Sequence record: SRR20825010_1231
Strand: one strand, 5' to 3'
DNA length: 64,000 bases
A program made the translations under genes and the position numbers. Of this stretch, positions 10,510-20,040 are shown piece after piece (positions within the stretch are counted from its first letter, which is position 1; every line of letters starts with the position of its first letter). Under the pieces are notes generated by a model, which worked only from the letters and a program-made list of their open reading frames with translations, made no database searches and was not told where the DNA came from.

Positions 10510-11160
10510 ATGCGGAACGAACTTGTCCTTTCAAAGCTACTCCTCACGAGCCTGCTGGGCTTATGGGTTTCACTCATCGCAAGCGACGTCTCTGCAGACG
10601 ATCGCAAATCGATCTACTTCATCGAAGAAAACTGGGAATTGACTCTGGGCGATCCCGAGCCTGACATCAATTCGCCACAAGTATCCTTCTTCGTCTTTCC
10701 GAACCGAGACGACGAGTCACGTTACTTTGAGTTGCAACTGAACTACGCCGCGGATGCAACCTATTCCAGCGGTGGATTCCGCGTCACGGCGGCGGTCAAC
10801 GACAAGGCGGTCGACCACGAACGCGGTGGAGACTTTCAAAACTGGTCAGCGAGCAACGATTGCATCCGGTGGACGACCGTCATGGCCGTCAAGAACTCTC
10901 GCTATCTCTTTGCAATTAAAAATGGCGAGTCGGCTGATTGGGGAGCCTTCGGAGGCCCCGACTACTTAGTCGAGATGCCACACGAAAGCGGCGATGGCCT
11001 GATGAAATACCATCCCGATACAAGCCTCGCGCATGTCGACATTGGATTTGGTGCTAACCGTGTTCGCTCCATTCGATTGAAAAGTATCCGGGTCGTTTTT
11101 GAGGATGGCAGTGATCAAGTCATCACAGTCAATCTGACACCGACGTCGATCAATTCGTGA
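10510..11160 (+). CDS. Exported hypothetical protein
   Basis: Signal peptide from ATG 10510 (MRNELVLSKLLLTSLLGLWVSLIASDVSA); the longer ORF start lies inside the riboswitch. Confidence 0.7.
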   Translation: MRNELVLSKLLLTSLLGLWVSLIASDVSADDRKSIYFIEENWELTLGDPEPDINSPQVSFFVFPNRDDESRYFELQLNYAADATYSSGGFRVTAAVNDKAVDHERGGDFQNWSASNDCIRWTTVMAVKNSRYLFAIKNGESADWGAFGGPDYLVEMPHESGDGLMKYHPDTSLAHVDIGFGANRVRSIRLKSIRVVFEDGSDQVITVNLTPTSINS

Positions 11161-11268
11161 TCGAACGATCGGATCGACGTATCGTGCCAATGCAAAGTGA
11201 ACGAATTCTCAGAAGATTATCCGTTCGTCTCCAACCATCGCGTTCTGCCATCATCCAGTTAAAATCAC

Positions 11269-12423
11269 ATGTCATCCAAATCGATCATCCAACTCCGCTA
11301 TTGCATTCAAGAACCTGAATCCCGACGCGGCGCCGCGGGAATTTTCGGCCTCATACTCTGCGTCGCATTGTTCACAGTTCTGGCGGTGGTTTCAGAATTC
11401 GCCTACATCAACACCGCAAGAACAGAACTCTCCAGGTCCGCAGATTCTGCCGCACTCGCGGGAGCCTGGGCGCTGTATGACGCTCGCGTCAACGGGGACC
11501 ACGATGGCGTGAGCCAGGTAAAGTCTTCAGCGGATCTCATCAGCTCAGCCAACCACATCGGACAAATCCAGGCTCATGTTGGCTCAGTCGATCACGCGGT
11601 CGAGATTGGATCTTACGATCATGCGACTCAAGTCTTTGAGCCAATGAATGATTGGGCGTCGGCCAACGCGGTCCGCGTCAATCTCCATCTGACGAACTCG
11701 GCTCATGGAGAACTTCCCTTGCAGTTGGCTGGATTGACTGGTCGAAAATCGCAAGCTCTTCATCAAAGCGTGACTGCAGCATTCCAACACAATATCAGCG
11801 GGTTCAAGCGTCCACCGAACAATGGAACCAAGATTGACATCTTGCCCATTGCTCTGGATGAGGAAACTTGGCAACTCGTCAGTGACAAACAAACTTCTGA
11901 TGACTTGATGTACTTCAACGGATCGGTCGTGGAAGGAAGCGACGGCTTCCACGAATGCTCACTCTATCCAACGGGAACCGGTGCTCCTGGTAATCGTGGA
12001 ACGGTCGACATTGGATCATCCAACAACAGCACCAGCGATCTTCGCCGCCAGATTCTCTATGGAATCTCGCAAGATGATTTTGATGCTTTGGGACGTGAAT
12101 TGGTCTTTGATGAACACGGCGAACTGTCCTTGAACGGCGACACGGGAATCAGTGCGGGAATCAAAGCCGAACTCAGCTCCATCATCGGTGAGAAAAGGAT
12201 CATTCCGATCTTCCGCAAGGTGCAAGGCAACGGCAACAACGCCAATTACACGATCGTGCGGTGGGAAGGCGTGAGAATCCTCAGCGTGAAGCTAACCGGC
12301 CCGATGAAGAAGAAGCACCTAACGATTCAGCCCACCCCGATGATTGCGAGAGGGTGCGAATTCGACGTCGCAGGCAATGTCCACAGCGAGTTTTTGTACT
12401 CTCCTGCAATGTTGGTGGACTGA
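11269..12423 (+). CDS. TadG-like Flp/Tad pilus assembly protein
   Basis: RRG + hydrophobic segment, then RTELSRSADSAALAGA Tad N-terminal motif. Confidence 0.8.
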   Translation: MSSKSIIQLRYCIQEPESRRGAAGIFGLILCVALFTVLAVVSEFAYINTARTELSRSADSAALAGAWALYDARVNGDHDGVSQVKSSADLISSANHIGQIQAHVGSVDHAVEIGSYDHATQVFEPMNDWASANAVRVNLHLTNSAHGELPLQLAGLTGRKSQALHQSVTAAFQHNISGFKRPPNNGTKIDILPIALDEETWQLVSDKQTSDDLMYFNGSVVEGSDGFHECSLYPTGTGAPGNRGTVDIGSSNNSTSDLRRQILYGISQDDFDALGRELVFDEHGELSLNGDTGISAGIKAELSSIIGEKRIIPIFRKVQGNGNNANYTIVRWEGVRILSVKLTGPMKKKHLTIQPTPMIARGCEFDVAGNVHSEFLYSPAMLVD

Positions 12424-12427
12424 TCTC

Positions 12428-12937
12428 ATGAAACGTTCATTGAAAGGAAGACCTGCCCACCGGAGACGCGCCGAGTCGAAAGTCTCTCGGGAACAAGGCC
12501 CTCGCAAGAAGACGGAATGCACTGCCAGCACATCTCGACGATCGTCTTTGTTGCGTCATGGCGCTGCGGCCGTCGAATTCGCATTCATTGCCCCGTTGAT
12601 GATCTTCTTGACCTTTGGGCTGATCGAACTCGGAAGACTCAGCATGCTTCGCGACAGCGCGATTCATGCCACCCGCGAGGGCGCTCGAGTTGCAATCAAG
12701 CCATCGGCAACGACGAGCGAAATTTCCTCTCGAGTGGAGGAAGAACTTGGTTTGATGGGAATCAGTGGCGGCAGCTCAACCGTCGATTTCACAAGCGACG
12801 GTTCCACCGGAGTGGAATTGGTCACAGTCAACGTTTACATCCCAATCGCCGAAAACAGCTGGCTACCAAACACTCTCGCGATGGGACACACGAACATCGA
12901 AGGATCCACCACCATGCGACGTGAGAGCAGCAACTGA
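12428..12937 (+). CDS. TadE/TadF-like minor pilin
   Basis: GAAAVEFAFIAPL prepilin motif; ATREGARVA. Confidence 0.85.
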   Translation: MKRSLKGRPAHRRRAESKVSREQGPRKKTECTASTSRRSSLLRHGAAAVEFAFIAPLMIFLTFGLIELGRLSMLRDSAIHATREGARVAIKPSATTSEISSRVEEELGLMGISGGSSTVDFTSDGSTGVELVTVNVYIPIAENSWLPNTLAMGHTNIEGSTTMRRESSN

Positions 12938-13039
12938 TTTCCAATTGAATTACCAGGATCCTGCTCACACGACTACCGCTTGAACATGAATGTACGGCGT
13001 TGCGTCAACCAACGCCGTACATTCCATCAACTCCAAATT

Positions 13040-13735
13040 TCAATCTTCTGATTTCGCTCCTTGCTCATCAGATGAGTCGGATGTTTCCTCTTCATCCTTC
13101 GCTGTCGCTGCAGCCTTTTGTTCTTGCTGACGACGCTCTTCTTCGCGTTCCTGGCGTTCTTTTTCCAAAGCCGCATTGGCTTTGTCCAAGTCGGCCTTCG
13201 CGTTGGTGAGTTGTTGTTGCAATTCACCCGATTGAGCTTCCATGTCCTTCTTCAACGTTGTGATTTCCTGCTGAAGCTTTTGACTTTGCTGCAGAGCTAA
13301 CTTCTCAGCTTGCTGGGCCAATTCACGAGCCGCGGTCGACTGTTGTTCAGCTTTCTTGGCTCGCTCAGTTTGGGCTGCGACATCGGCTTTCAAAGCAGCG
13401 ATCTGCTCTTCCAAAGAAGCGACCTTCTCGTTTGCTTCCGCGATCTCGGCGTCTTTCTCTTCTAAGGATTGGTTGGCCGCCGCGACTTCATCTCGCAATG
13501 CAACCAGCTCGGTCGTCAACGCGACGTTCAATTCGCTGGGATTGTCCAATCTGCCCATGTCGTGAGCGGTCATTCCACCAGCAACGGACGAGCAGCTCGT
13601 GACCTCGGTGGGGCACGCGGTAGCGGTCACGCATTTTGGGGCACAGGTGTTTTTGCAAAAACAATCGCCTGCGAAACTGGGTGCGGCGAACGAAAGGGCC
13701 AGCGTGAATGCGGCCGTCGAAGTCTTCTTCATCAT
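13040..13735 (-). CDS. Exported coiled-coil protein with Cys-rich N-terminus
   Basis: Signal peptide, six Cys, then a long E/Q/K/A heptad region. Confidence 0.65.
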   Translation of the reverse strand: MMKKTSTAAFTLALSFAAPSFAGDCFCKNTCAPKCVTATACPTEVTSCSSVAGGMTAHDMGRLDNPSELNVALTTELVALRDEVAAANQSLEEKDAEIAEANEKVASLEEQIAALKADVAAQTERAKKAEQQSTAARELAQQAEKLALQQSQKLQQEITTLKKDMEAQSGELQQQLTNAKADLDKANAALEKERQEREEERRQQEQKAAATAKDEEETSDSSDEQGAKSED

Positions 13736-13878
13736 GGTGTCGATCTTCTAGGGTGGGTCAAAACAGGTGGGATCGGAGCCGGTCGCTCCTATTCGCGACA
13801 TCTCCGATTTCATCCTAGTTGCGACCGCCGATCGCACAGCAAAAAATCCGCCAAACCGCCATCAACGAGGGCATCCCC

Positions 13879-15384
13879 TCAAAACAACTCGTCTTCACGC
13901 GCCATTTCGACCAATCGTTCAAGCTCCGCCGGATGGTCTTTTGAAACATCGTTTTTTTCGCCCGGATCGGACGCCAAATCAAACAGTTTCCAACCGTCCT
14001 CGTTGACGACGGGTTTGCTATTTCCGCTGCGTCGCTTCTTTGTTCCGCCCGGATAATTCACCGCTTTCCATGTTCCGGAACGAAGTCCAACCGACGTCGG
14101 CCCTTCGCTGCTGGCCCAGTACAAATAGCGGTGCTTGGTTTGCTTCTTCGGTTGATCCAGCAAAGCGGGCAGGTAGGAAATCCCATCGATATCGGCAGGC
14201 GGTTCTGCACCAGCCAACTCACACGCGGTCGGCAAGAAATCCCAAAACGCGGAAGGGTGATCGCTGATCGTTCCTGGTTCAATTGTGCCGGACCACTTCG
14301 CGATGAAAGGCACACGAATACCTCCTTCGTGCATCGAACGCTTGCTGCCTTGAAGTGGACCGCTGCTGTTGAAGAACAGATCGCTGTGACCGCCTTCGTG
14401 ATGCGGCCCGTTGTCGGACGTGAAGATCACCAACGTCTTTTCGGACAACTTGAGTTCCTCGAGCAGATCCATCAGACGGCCCATGTCGCGATCCATTCGC
14501 GTGATCATCGCCGCGAATCCTTTTTCTGGGTTGGGCCATCCTTCATCGGCGTAAATGCCATAGTCCGGCACCTCCATTCCGTCGCCGTTCAGTCGGCCGC
14601 CCTCGTTGTTGGCATGAGGGATCGTCCAATGGACGTGCAACAGGAAAGGATCGGACCGATGTTCGCGGATGAAATCAAACGCCGCGTCCGTCATCACGTC
14701 GTGTGAATAGGTTTCTCGTTTGACTGCAACGCGACCGCGAGCGATCGGATCGGTGCTGATCACGTTGCCGGGAAAGAACCGCCGTTCGTAGTTCTGCCAC
14801 AGGAACCTCGGGTAGTAGTTGTGGGCGTTGGATTGATTCATGTAGCCCGTCCAAGCATCAAATCCGTTGGCGAGCGGATGACCTGGGTTCTCGATCTCTT
14901 CGGGAACATCCACGTTGCCGAGAGCCCATTTGCCGACTCCACCGGTTGCGTACCCAGCATCCGAAAGCAACGAAGCCACGGTCGGTTGCTCGCCCGTCAA
15001 ATTGCGAGCCGCATTGCCAATCAATCCGGTGCTGCCGACATGTTTGCCCGTCCACAGCGTCAACCGAGAAGGGCGACACACCGTGTGCCCGGCGTAGTGA
15101 TCGGTGAACCGAATTCCATCCGCGGCCATTTGATCCAGATGCGGTGTCTGAACCCGAGTTTGGCCGTAACACCCAAGGTCGCCATAACCAAGGTCATCGG
15201 CCATCACGTAAATGATGTTGGGCCGCAATGCGTCCCCACTGGCGGGCGAATCTGCTTTGCTCGACTCGTCGCCTGAGACGACTTGGCAACTCACGGCGAT
15301 GCAGCAAAACGCCAACGCCAAACGCGACAAAGATCGCAGGAATTGAGACGATGTTTGGATTGGGGCGATCCTCGCGAGGTTCAT
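13879..15384 (-). CDS. Arylsulfatase (FGly-dependent)
   Basis: PNIIYVMADDLGYGDLG, CRPSR, GKW, SDNG, EGGIRVP. Confidence 0.92.
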   Translation of the reverse strand: MNLARIAPIQTSSQFLRSLSRLALAFCCIAVSCQVVSGDESSKADSPASGDALRPNIIYVMADDLGYGDLGCYGQTRVQTPHLDQMAADGIRFTDHYAGHTVCRPSRLTLWTGKHVGSTGLIGNAARNLTGEQPTVASLLSDAGYATGGVGKWALGNVDVPEEIENPGHPLANGFDAWTGYMNQSNAHNYYPRFLWQNYERRFFPGNVISTDPIARGRVAVKRETYSHDVMTDAAFDFIREHRSDPFLLHVHWTIPHANNEGGRLNGDGMEVPDYGIYADEGWPNPEKGFAAMITRMDRDMGRLMDLLEELKLSEKTLVIFTSDNGPHHEGGHSDLFFNSSGPLQGSKRSMHEGGIRVPFIAKWSGTIEPGTISDHPSAFWDFLPTACELAGAEPPADIDGISYLPALLDQPKKQTKHRYLYWASSEGPTSVGLRSGTWKAVNYPGGTKKRRSGNSKPVVNEDGWKLFDLASDPGEKNDVSKDHPAELERLVEMAREDELF

Positions 15385-15451
15385 ATTTCGGTTCTAATCA
15401 ATGGTCATCAATTGAGTTCGGCAGGGGTGCCACGATCCTTTTCAGATTAAC

Positions 15452-17575
15452 ATGCCGACGAACACAATGAACGACGACCTAGGAAAACACGCAATGAACG
15501 CTCGGCGAATCTTCTGCACCACCCTTCTGATACTCTGTTTCAGTGTCGCGAATCTTGCTGACGGTGCAGAGAATGAAAGCACTCAAGCAACGCGTCCCAA
15601 CGTACTGTTGATCATGGTTGATGACCTCGGGTACTCGGACCTGGGTTGCTACGGCAGTGAAATCGAAACGCCCAACCTGGACGCGTTGGCGGACAACGGA
15701 TTGCGTTTCTCGCAGTTCTACAACACCGCGAAATGCCACTCCTCACGCGTGTCGTTGCTGACCGGGCAATACTGCATCGCCGCGGGAGACACCTCGCTGT
15801 CGCATGCCGTCACCAGCGCCGAAGTGCTCGCAGCGGACGGATACTTCACGGCCATGTCCGGAAAATGGCACCTCGACAAACAGCCCACCGATTTCGGTTT
15901 CCAGCGTTACTTTGGTCACCTCAGTGGCGCCTGCAACTACTTTCGCGGCGACAACACATTCCGTTTGAATGGCGAACCGTGGACCGTTCCTGACAAGGAC
16001 TTCTACACCACGGTTGCGGATGTCGACTACGCGATGCAGTTCCTCAACGAAGCCGAAGAGACCACCGATCCGTGGTTTCTTTACGTCGCCTTCAATGCAC
16101 CGCACGCACCGCTGCAAGCCTTGCCCGAAGACTACGCCAAATACAAAGGCCGCTACGACGAGGGCTGGGACAAAATTCGCGAGCGACGTGTCCAGCGGCA
16201 ACACGAACTCGGTCTTCTGCCGAAGACGTCCCAACCCAGCGAGCGACCTGCGCACATTCCCGCTTGGGACACTTTGTCCGAGAAACGACAAACATTTGAA
16301 AACAAACGCATGACGGCGTTGGCGGGCATGATCGATCGCGTGGACCAAGAGGTCGGCCGGTTGATCGAACATCTTGAAGAAACCGGTGAACTCGACAACA
16401 CGTTGATCTGGTTCGTTTCGGACAACGGTGCTTGCCCGTACGATCGAATCAGCCAAAAGATTGAAGCGGAACCCACCAGTGGCGATGTCTCCTGGAGCGA
16501 TTCAACCGGATGGGCCTGGGCTCGCAACTCACCGTTCCGGCTGTACAAACAAAATCAAACCGAAGGTGGTATCAGCACGCCGGCGATCGTTCATTGGCCA
16601 GCGGGTCTGAAAACCAAACCTGGCAGCATCCAGCGCAGCCCGGCTCACTTGATTGACATTCTGCCGACCATTGCCGATGCCGCCGACAGCACCGTCCCAA
16701 CGACGTTCGCCGATCGTGATCTGCGACCGGTGTCGGGCCAATCGTTGCTGCCGATCTTCGAAGGTGAAACCATCGAGCGTGAGCAACCGATTCACTTGTT
16801 GTTTTCATCCGACCGAGGCCTTCGCGATGGCGATTGGAAGATCGTCAGCTTCCGTAAAGAACCATGGGAACTTTACAACATCGCGACCGACCGGATGGAG
16901 CAGCACAACCTCGCTCACCAGCAACGTGATCGCCTGACGCAAATGGCTCAGAAGTGGAACGAAATGGCAAAGGAGGTCCTGCACACTCAAACCTTCGATC
17001 CCAAGTTCGGAGTTCCGTCAAACAAACCGGTCTCGATGACAGCCACTCACCCTGAGTGGACGGATTTTTCCGTTGATCCCCAAAACAATGTTCGAGGCGG
17101 CACCGGCCGCAAAAAGGCCCCCAAGTCCGCTTCCAGCAACAAGCAAACAACAAGCGGTTCCATCCGAGCCCGCAAGAACACGCGGCTTGAACGACGCGAA
17201 TCCGAATTGCATCTTACGTTCACTGGTGACGATCCAGGAATCGCGATTGATCGTCTGCCGGAGAACCTGCCACCGGGACCCTATCGATTGGCGTTCGATC
17301 TATTGAGCGAAGCCGAAGGCAACGGCGAAGTGTTCTACACAACCACGCCTGACCAGTCCCTACCCAAGGGCCAACACATCCCGATCGAAATCGAATCCGA
17401 TGGGCAATGGCATTCGCACACAATCTCCCTCGGTGACACGACCAAAATCTATCGATTGCGATTGGACATTAGTGAAGGAAAAGGACTGGCTCAAATTCGA
17501 GACCTAAGACTGCTGTCATCCCAAAATGAACCGGTAATTCGCTGGCCAATCGCGAAGATCAAGGTTCTGAAGTGA
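15452..17575 (+). CDS. Arylsulfatase with additional C-terminal beta domain
   Basis: PNVLLIMVDDLGYSDLG, CHSSR, GKWHL, SDNG. Confidence 0.9.
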   Translation: MPTNTMNDDLGKHAMNARRIFCTTLLILCFSVANLADGAENESTQATRPNVLLIMVDDLGYSDLGCYGSEIETPNLDALADNGLRFSQFYNTAKCHSSRVSLLTGQYCIAAGDTSLSHAVTSAEVLAADGYFTAMSGKWHLDKQPTDFGFQRYFGHLSGACNYFRGDNTFRLNGEPWTVPDKDFYTTVADVDYAMQFLNEAEETTDPWFLYVAFNAPHAPLQALPEDYAKYKGRYDEGWDKIRERRVQRQHELGLLPKTSQPSERPAHIPAWDTLSEKRQTFENKRMTALAGMIDRVDQEVGRLIEHLEETGELDNTLIWFVSDNGACPYDRISQKIEAEPTSGDVSWSDSTGWAWARNSPFRLYKQNQTEGGISTPAIVHWPAGLKTKPGSIQRSPAHLIDILPTIADAADSTVPTTFADRDLRPVSGQSLLPIFEGETIEREQPIHLLFSSDRGLRDGDWKIVSFRKEPWELYNIATDRMEQHNLAHQQRDRLTQMAQKWNEMAKEVLHTQTFDPKFGVPSNKPVSMTATHPEWTDFSVDPQNNVRGGTGRKKAPKSASSNKQTTSGSIRARKNTRLERRESELHLTFTGDDPGIAIDRLPENLPPGPYRLAFDLLSEAEGNGEVFYTTTPDQSLPKGQHIPIEIESDGQWHSHTISLGDTTKIYRLRLDISEGKGLAQIRDLRLLSSQNEPVIRWPIAKIKVLK

Positions 17576-17706
17576 GTCTCGTTCGGACGGGAAAATTCTT
17601 GTCGTCAGCCCGTGAGATGGGCGAACAAAAAGCCACCTTTGGCTATGCTATTGGGTTCCCCATCCCACCTTGCAAACCCACCCCACAACGAGAAGTGATC
17701 CCTGGA

Positions 17707-20040
17707 ATGCAGTACCACCAGAGCTCCCGATCATCGGATTTGAACCGCCCATCCACTTTTGTTTGGCTTTGCCTTGCGTTGATGGCCATGGCCTCGGCGA
17801 CGATGGCAACCACATCCACGAAAGCGGCGGATGTGTTTGTCGAAGCCGAGAGTTTTGACACCCACGGTGGCTGGAAATTGGACACCCAATTCATCCAGCA
17901 AATGGGGTCGCCGTACTTGATCGCTCATGGACTGGGGCAACCGGTCGATGATGCGACCACCAACGTTGCGATCCCCGAGTCCGGCAAGTACCGGGTCTGG
18001 GTTCGCACGATTGACTGGGTTCGTCGCTGGGACGCGTCGCCTTCCCCGGGAAAATTCGAACTCCACGTCGACGGCAAAAAACTCGACACCACCTTTGGCA
18101 CCCAACATGCCAAATGGGATTGGCAAGACGGTGGCGTGGTTTCGTTGGACAAGGGTGACCACACACTGTCGCTAAAAGATCAAACCGGTTTTGATGGTCG
18201 CTGCGATTGCATCTATCTGACTACCGAACTGGACGAAACACCGCCTGCCGTGGACGACGTCTTGTCGCCGTGGCGTCGTGGCAAACTGGGCCTTCCCGAG
18301 CAACCTGTCACCAAAGGCCCTTATGACTTGGTCGTCGTGGGTGGCGGTTACGCTGGCATGGCGTCGGCGATTTCAGCGGCTCGAATGGGATGCCGCGTGG
18401 CATTGATTCAAGACCGCGGCGTGTTGGGCGGCAACGGTTCCAGCGAAGTGCGAGTGTGGGCGATGGGCAACATCCGTCGCGGCAAGTTCCCTCGCATCGG
18501 CGAGATCGTCGAAGAGTTCTCTGACAAAGCCACCAAGTCACCCGGCACCTACGAGGAGTTCGGCGATGAACAAAAAGAAGAGATCGTCACAGCCGAACCG
18601 AACATCGATCTGCTGCTGAACCATCACGCTTACGCGGTGAAGATGAAAGCGGACAGCGAAACCAAGCAAATCGAACACGTCCTGGCCTTGAACACGAAAA
18701 CCGGCGAAGACCTGCGAGTTGCCGGCGACCGTTTCGTCGACTGCACCGGCCATGGATGGATCGGCGAGTGGGCCAACGCGGATTTGGACATCACCGACAA
18801 AGGCCGCATGGGCATGAGCAACATGTGGCGTTGGGACGAAGTCCAGCAGGCTCCTGAATTCCCCGCCACGCCTTGGGCGTTGCCACTGAACATGGACGAC
18901 TTCCCGTACCCACGTGACCACCACGGCCAATGGTTCTGGGAAAGTGGTTTTGACATCGATCCACTCGGCGACGCCGAAGCGATCCGTGACTGGAACCTGC
19001 GAGCCGTCTACGGCGCGTTCAACGCGATGAAGAATGGTGACGGTGCCGCCGATCACCCAAACGCTCAATTGACCTGGGTGGCTTACATCGGTGGCCCTCG
19101 AGAAAGTCGCCGACTGCTTGGCGACGTGGTCCTGAACCAAGAGGACATCGTCAGCAAACGCGAATTTCCGGATGGCTGCGTCCCCAGCACTTGGTCGATC
19201 GACCTGCACTACCCCAAGAAAGAATTCGCGGACAAGTTTCCCGAGAACCCTTTCATCAGCATTGCCGTTCACGACCGCCGCGTGGATCGTTCGTACGGCT
19301 ACCCGGTTCCGTATCGCTGTTTCTACAGCCGCAACGTCGACAACTTGTTCATGGCCGGTCGAAACATCAGTGTCACGCACGAAGCCCTCGGCACCGTTCG
19401 CGTGATGAAGACGTGCGGCATGATGGGCGAGGTCGTCGGCAAAGCCGCCTCTCTTTGCACGCTGAACGATTGCACTCCTCGCGACATCTACGAAGAACAC
19501 TTGGACGACCTGCTGGAACTGCTCGAACTGCCTGGCAAGGCTCGCCGAAGCACGCCTTCCGCGACGATCGTGATCCCGGATGACGCGATGGAAAAAGCTG
19601 GCCCGTACGGCCCCATGTCAGGCTTGGATCCCGAGAAATTGCCCGGCATCGTGATCGATGATCGACAAGCCAAGACGAAAGGCAAATGGGCCAAGGGACA
19701 AGGCCTCAAGGGCTACGTCGGCTGGGAATACCGCTACGCATCGGCCAATTCCGGCGCGACCGCGACCTTCCAAACCAAGTTGAAGGAAGCCGGTCAGTAC
19801 GAGCTACAGATCTACAGTGCCCCTCATGAAAATCGTGCCACGAAGCTAGCCATCACCGTGACCGCGCCCGGCCAAGAACCGAAAACCGTTCGGATCAACC
19901 AACGCGACACGCAAGGCGGTGCGATTCCGGCCGGTAAGTACTTCCTGCCCGCGGGCGCCGAAGTGACCGTCGACTTCTCCGCCAAAGACTCGGGCGGCAC
20001 GGTGCACCTTGATGCGATTGGATGGGTCAAACAACCTTGA
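17707..20040 (+). CDS. Exported FAD-dependent oxidoreductase (FAD_oxidored family) with golvesin/xanthan-lyase-like domain; start uncertain (17572-17785)
   Basis: YDLVVVGGGYAG, LGGNGSSE, DCTG, RESRRLLGD, VPYRCFYS, NLFMAGRNIS. Confidence 0.85.
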   Translation: MQYHQSSRSSDLNRPSTFVWLCLALMAMASATMATTSTKAADVFVEAESFDTHGGWKLDTQFIQQMGSPYLIAHGLGQPVDDATTNVAIPESGKYRVWVRTIDWVRRWDASPSPGKFELHVDGKKLDTTFGTQHAKWDWQDGGVVSLDKGDHTLSLKDQTGFDGRCDCIYLTTELDETPPAVDDVLSPWRRGKLGLPEQPVTKGPYDLVVVGGGYAGMASAISAARMGCRVALIQDRGVLGGNGSSEVRVWAMGNIRRGKFPRIGEIVEEFSDKATKSPGTYEEFGDEQKEEIVTAEPNIDLLLNHHAYAVKMKADSETKQIEHVLALNTKTGEDLRVAGDRFVDCTGHGWIGEWANADLDITDKGRMGMSNMWRWDEVQQAPEFPATPWALPLNMDDFPYPRDHHGQWFWESGFDIDPLGDAEAIRDWNLRAVYGAFNAMKNGDGAADHPNAQLTWVAYIGGPRESRRLLGDVVLNQEDIVSKREFPDGCVPSTWSIDLHYPKKEFADKFPENPFISIAVHDRRVDRSYGYPVPYRCFYSRNVDNLFMAGRNISVTHEALGTVRVMKTCGMMGEVVGKAASLCTLNDCTPRDIYEEHLDDLLELLELPGKARRSTPSATIVIPDDAMEKAGPYGPMSGLDPEKLPGIVIDDRQAKTKGKWAKGQGLKGYVGWEYRYASANSGATATFQTKLKEAGQYELQIYSAPHENRATKLAITVTAPGQEPKTVRINQRDTQGGAIPAGKYFLPAGAEVTVDFSAKDSGGTVHLDAIGWVKQP

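Noticed and set aside
13040-13735. Cys-rich N-terminus as a RiPP precursor
   Set aside because: No modification enzymes nearby; Cys-rich leaders are common in planctomycete exported proteins.
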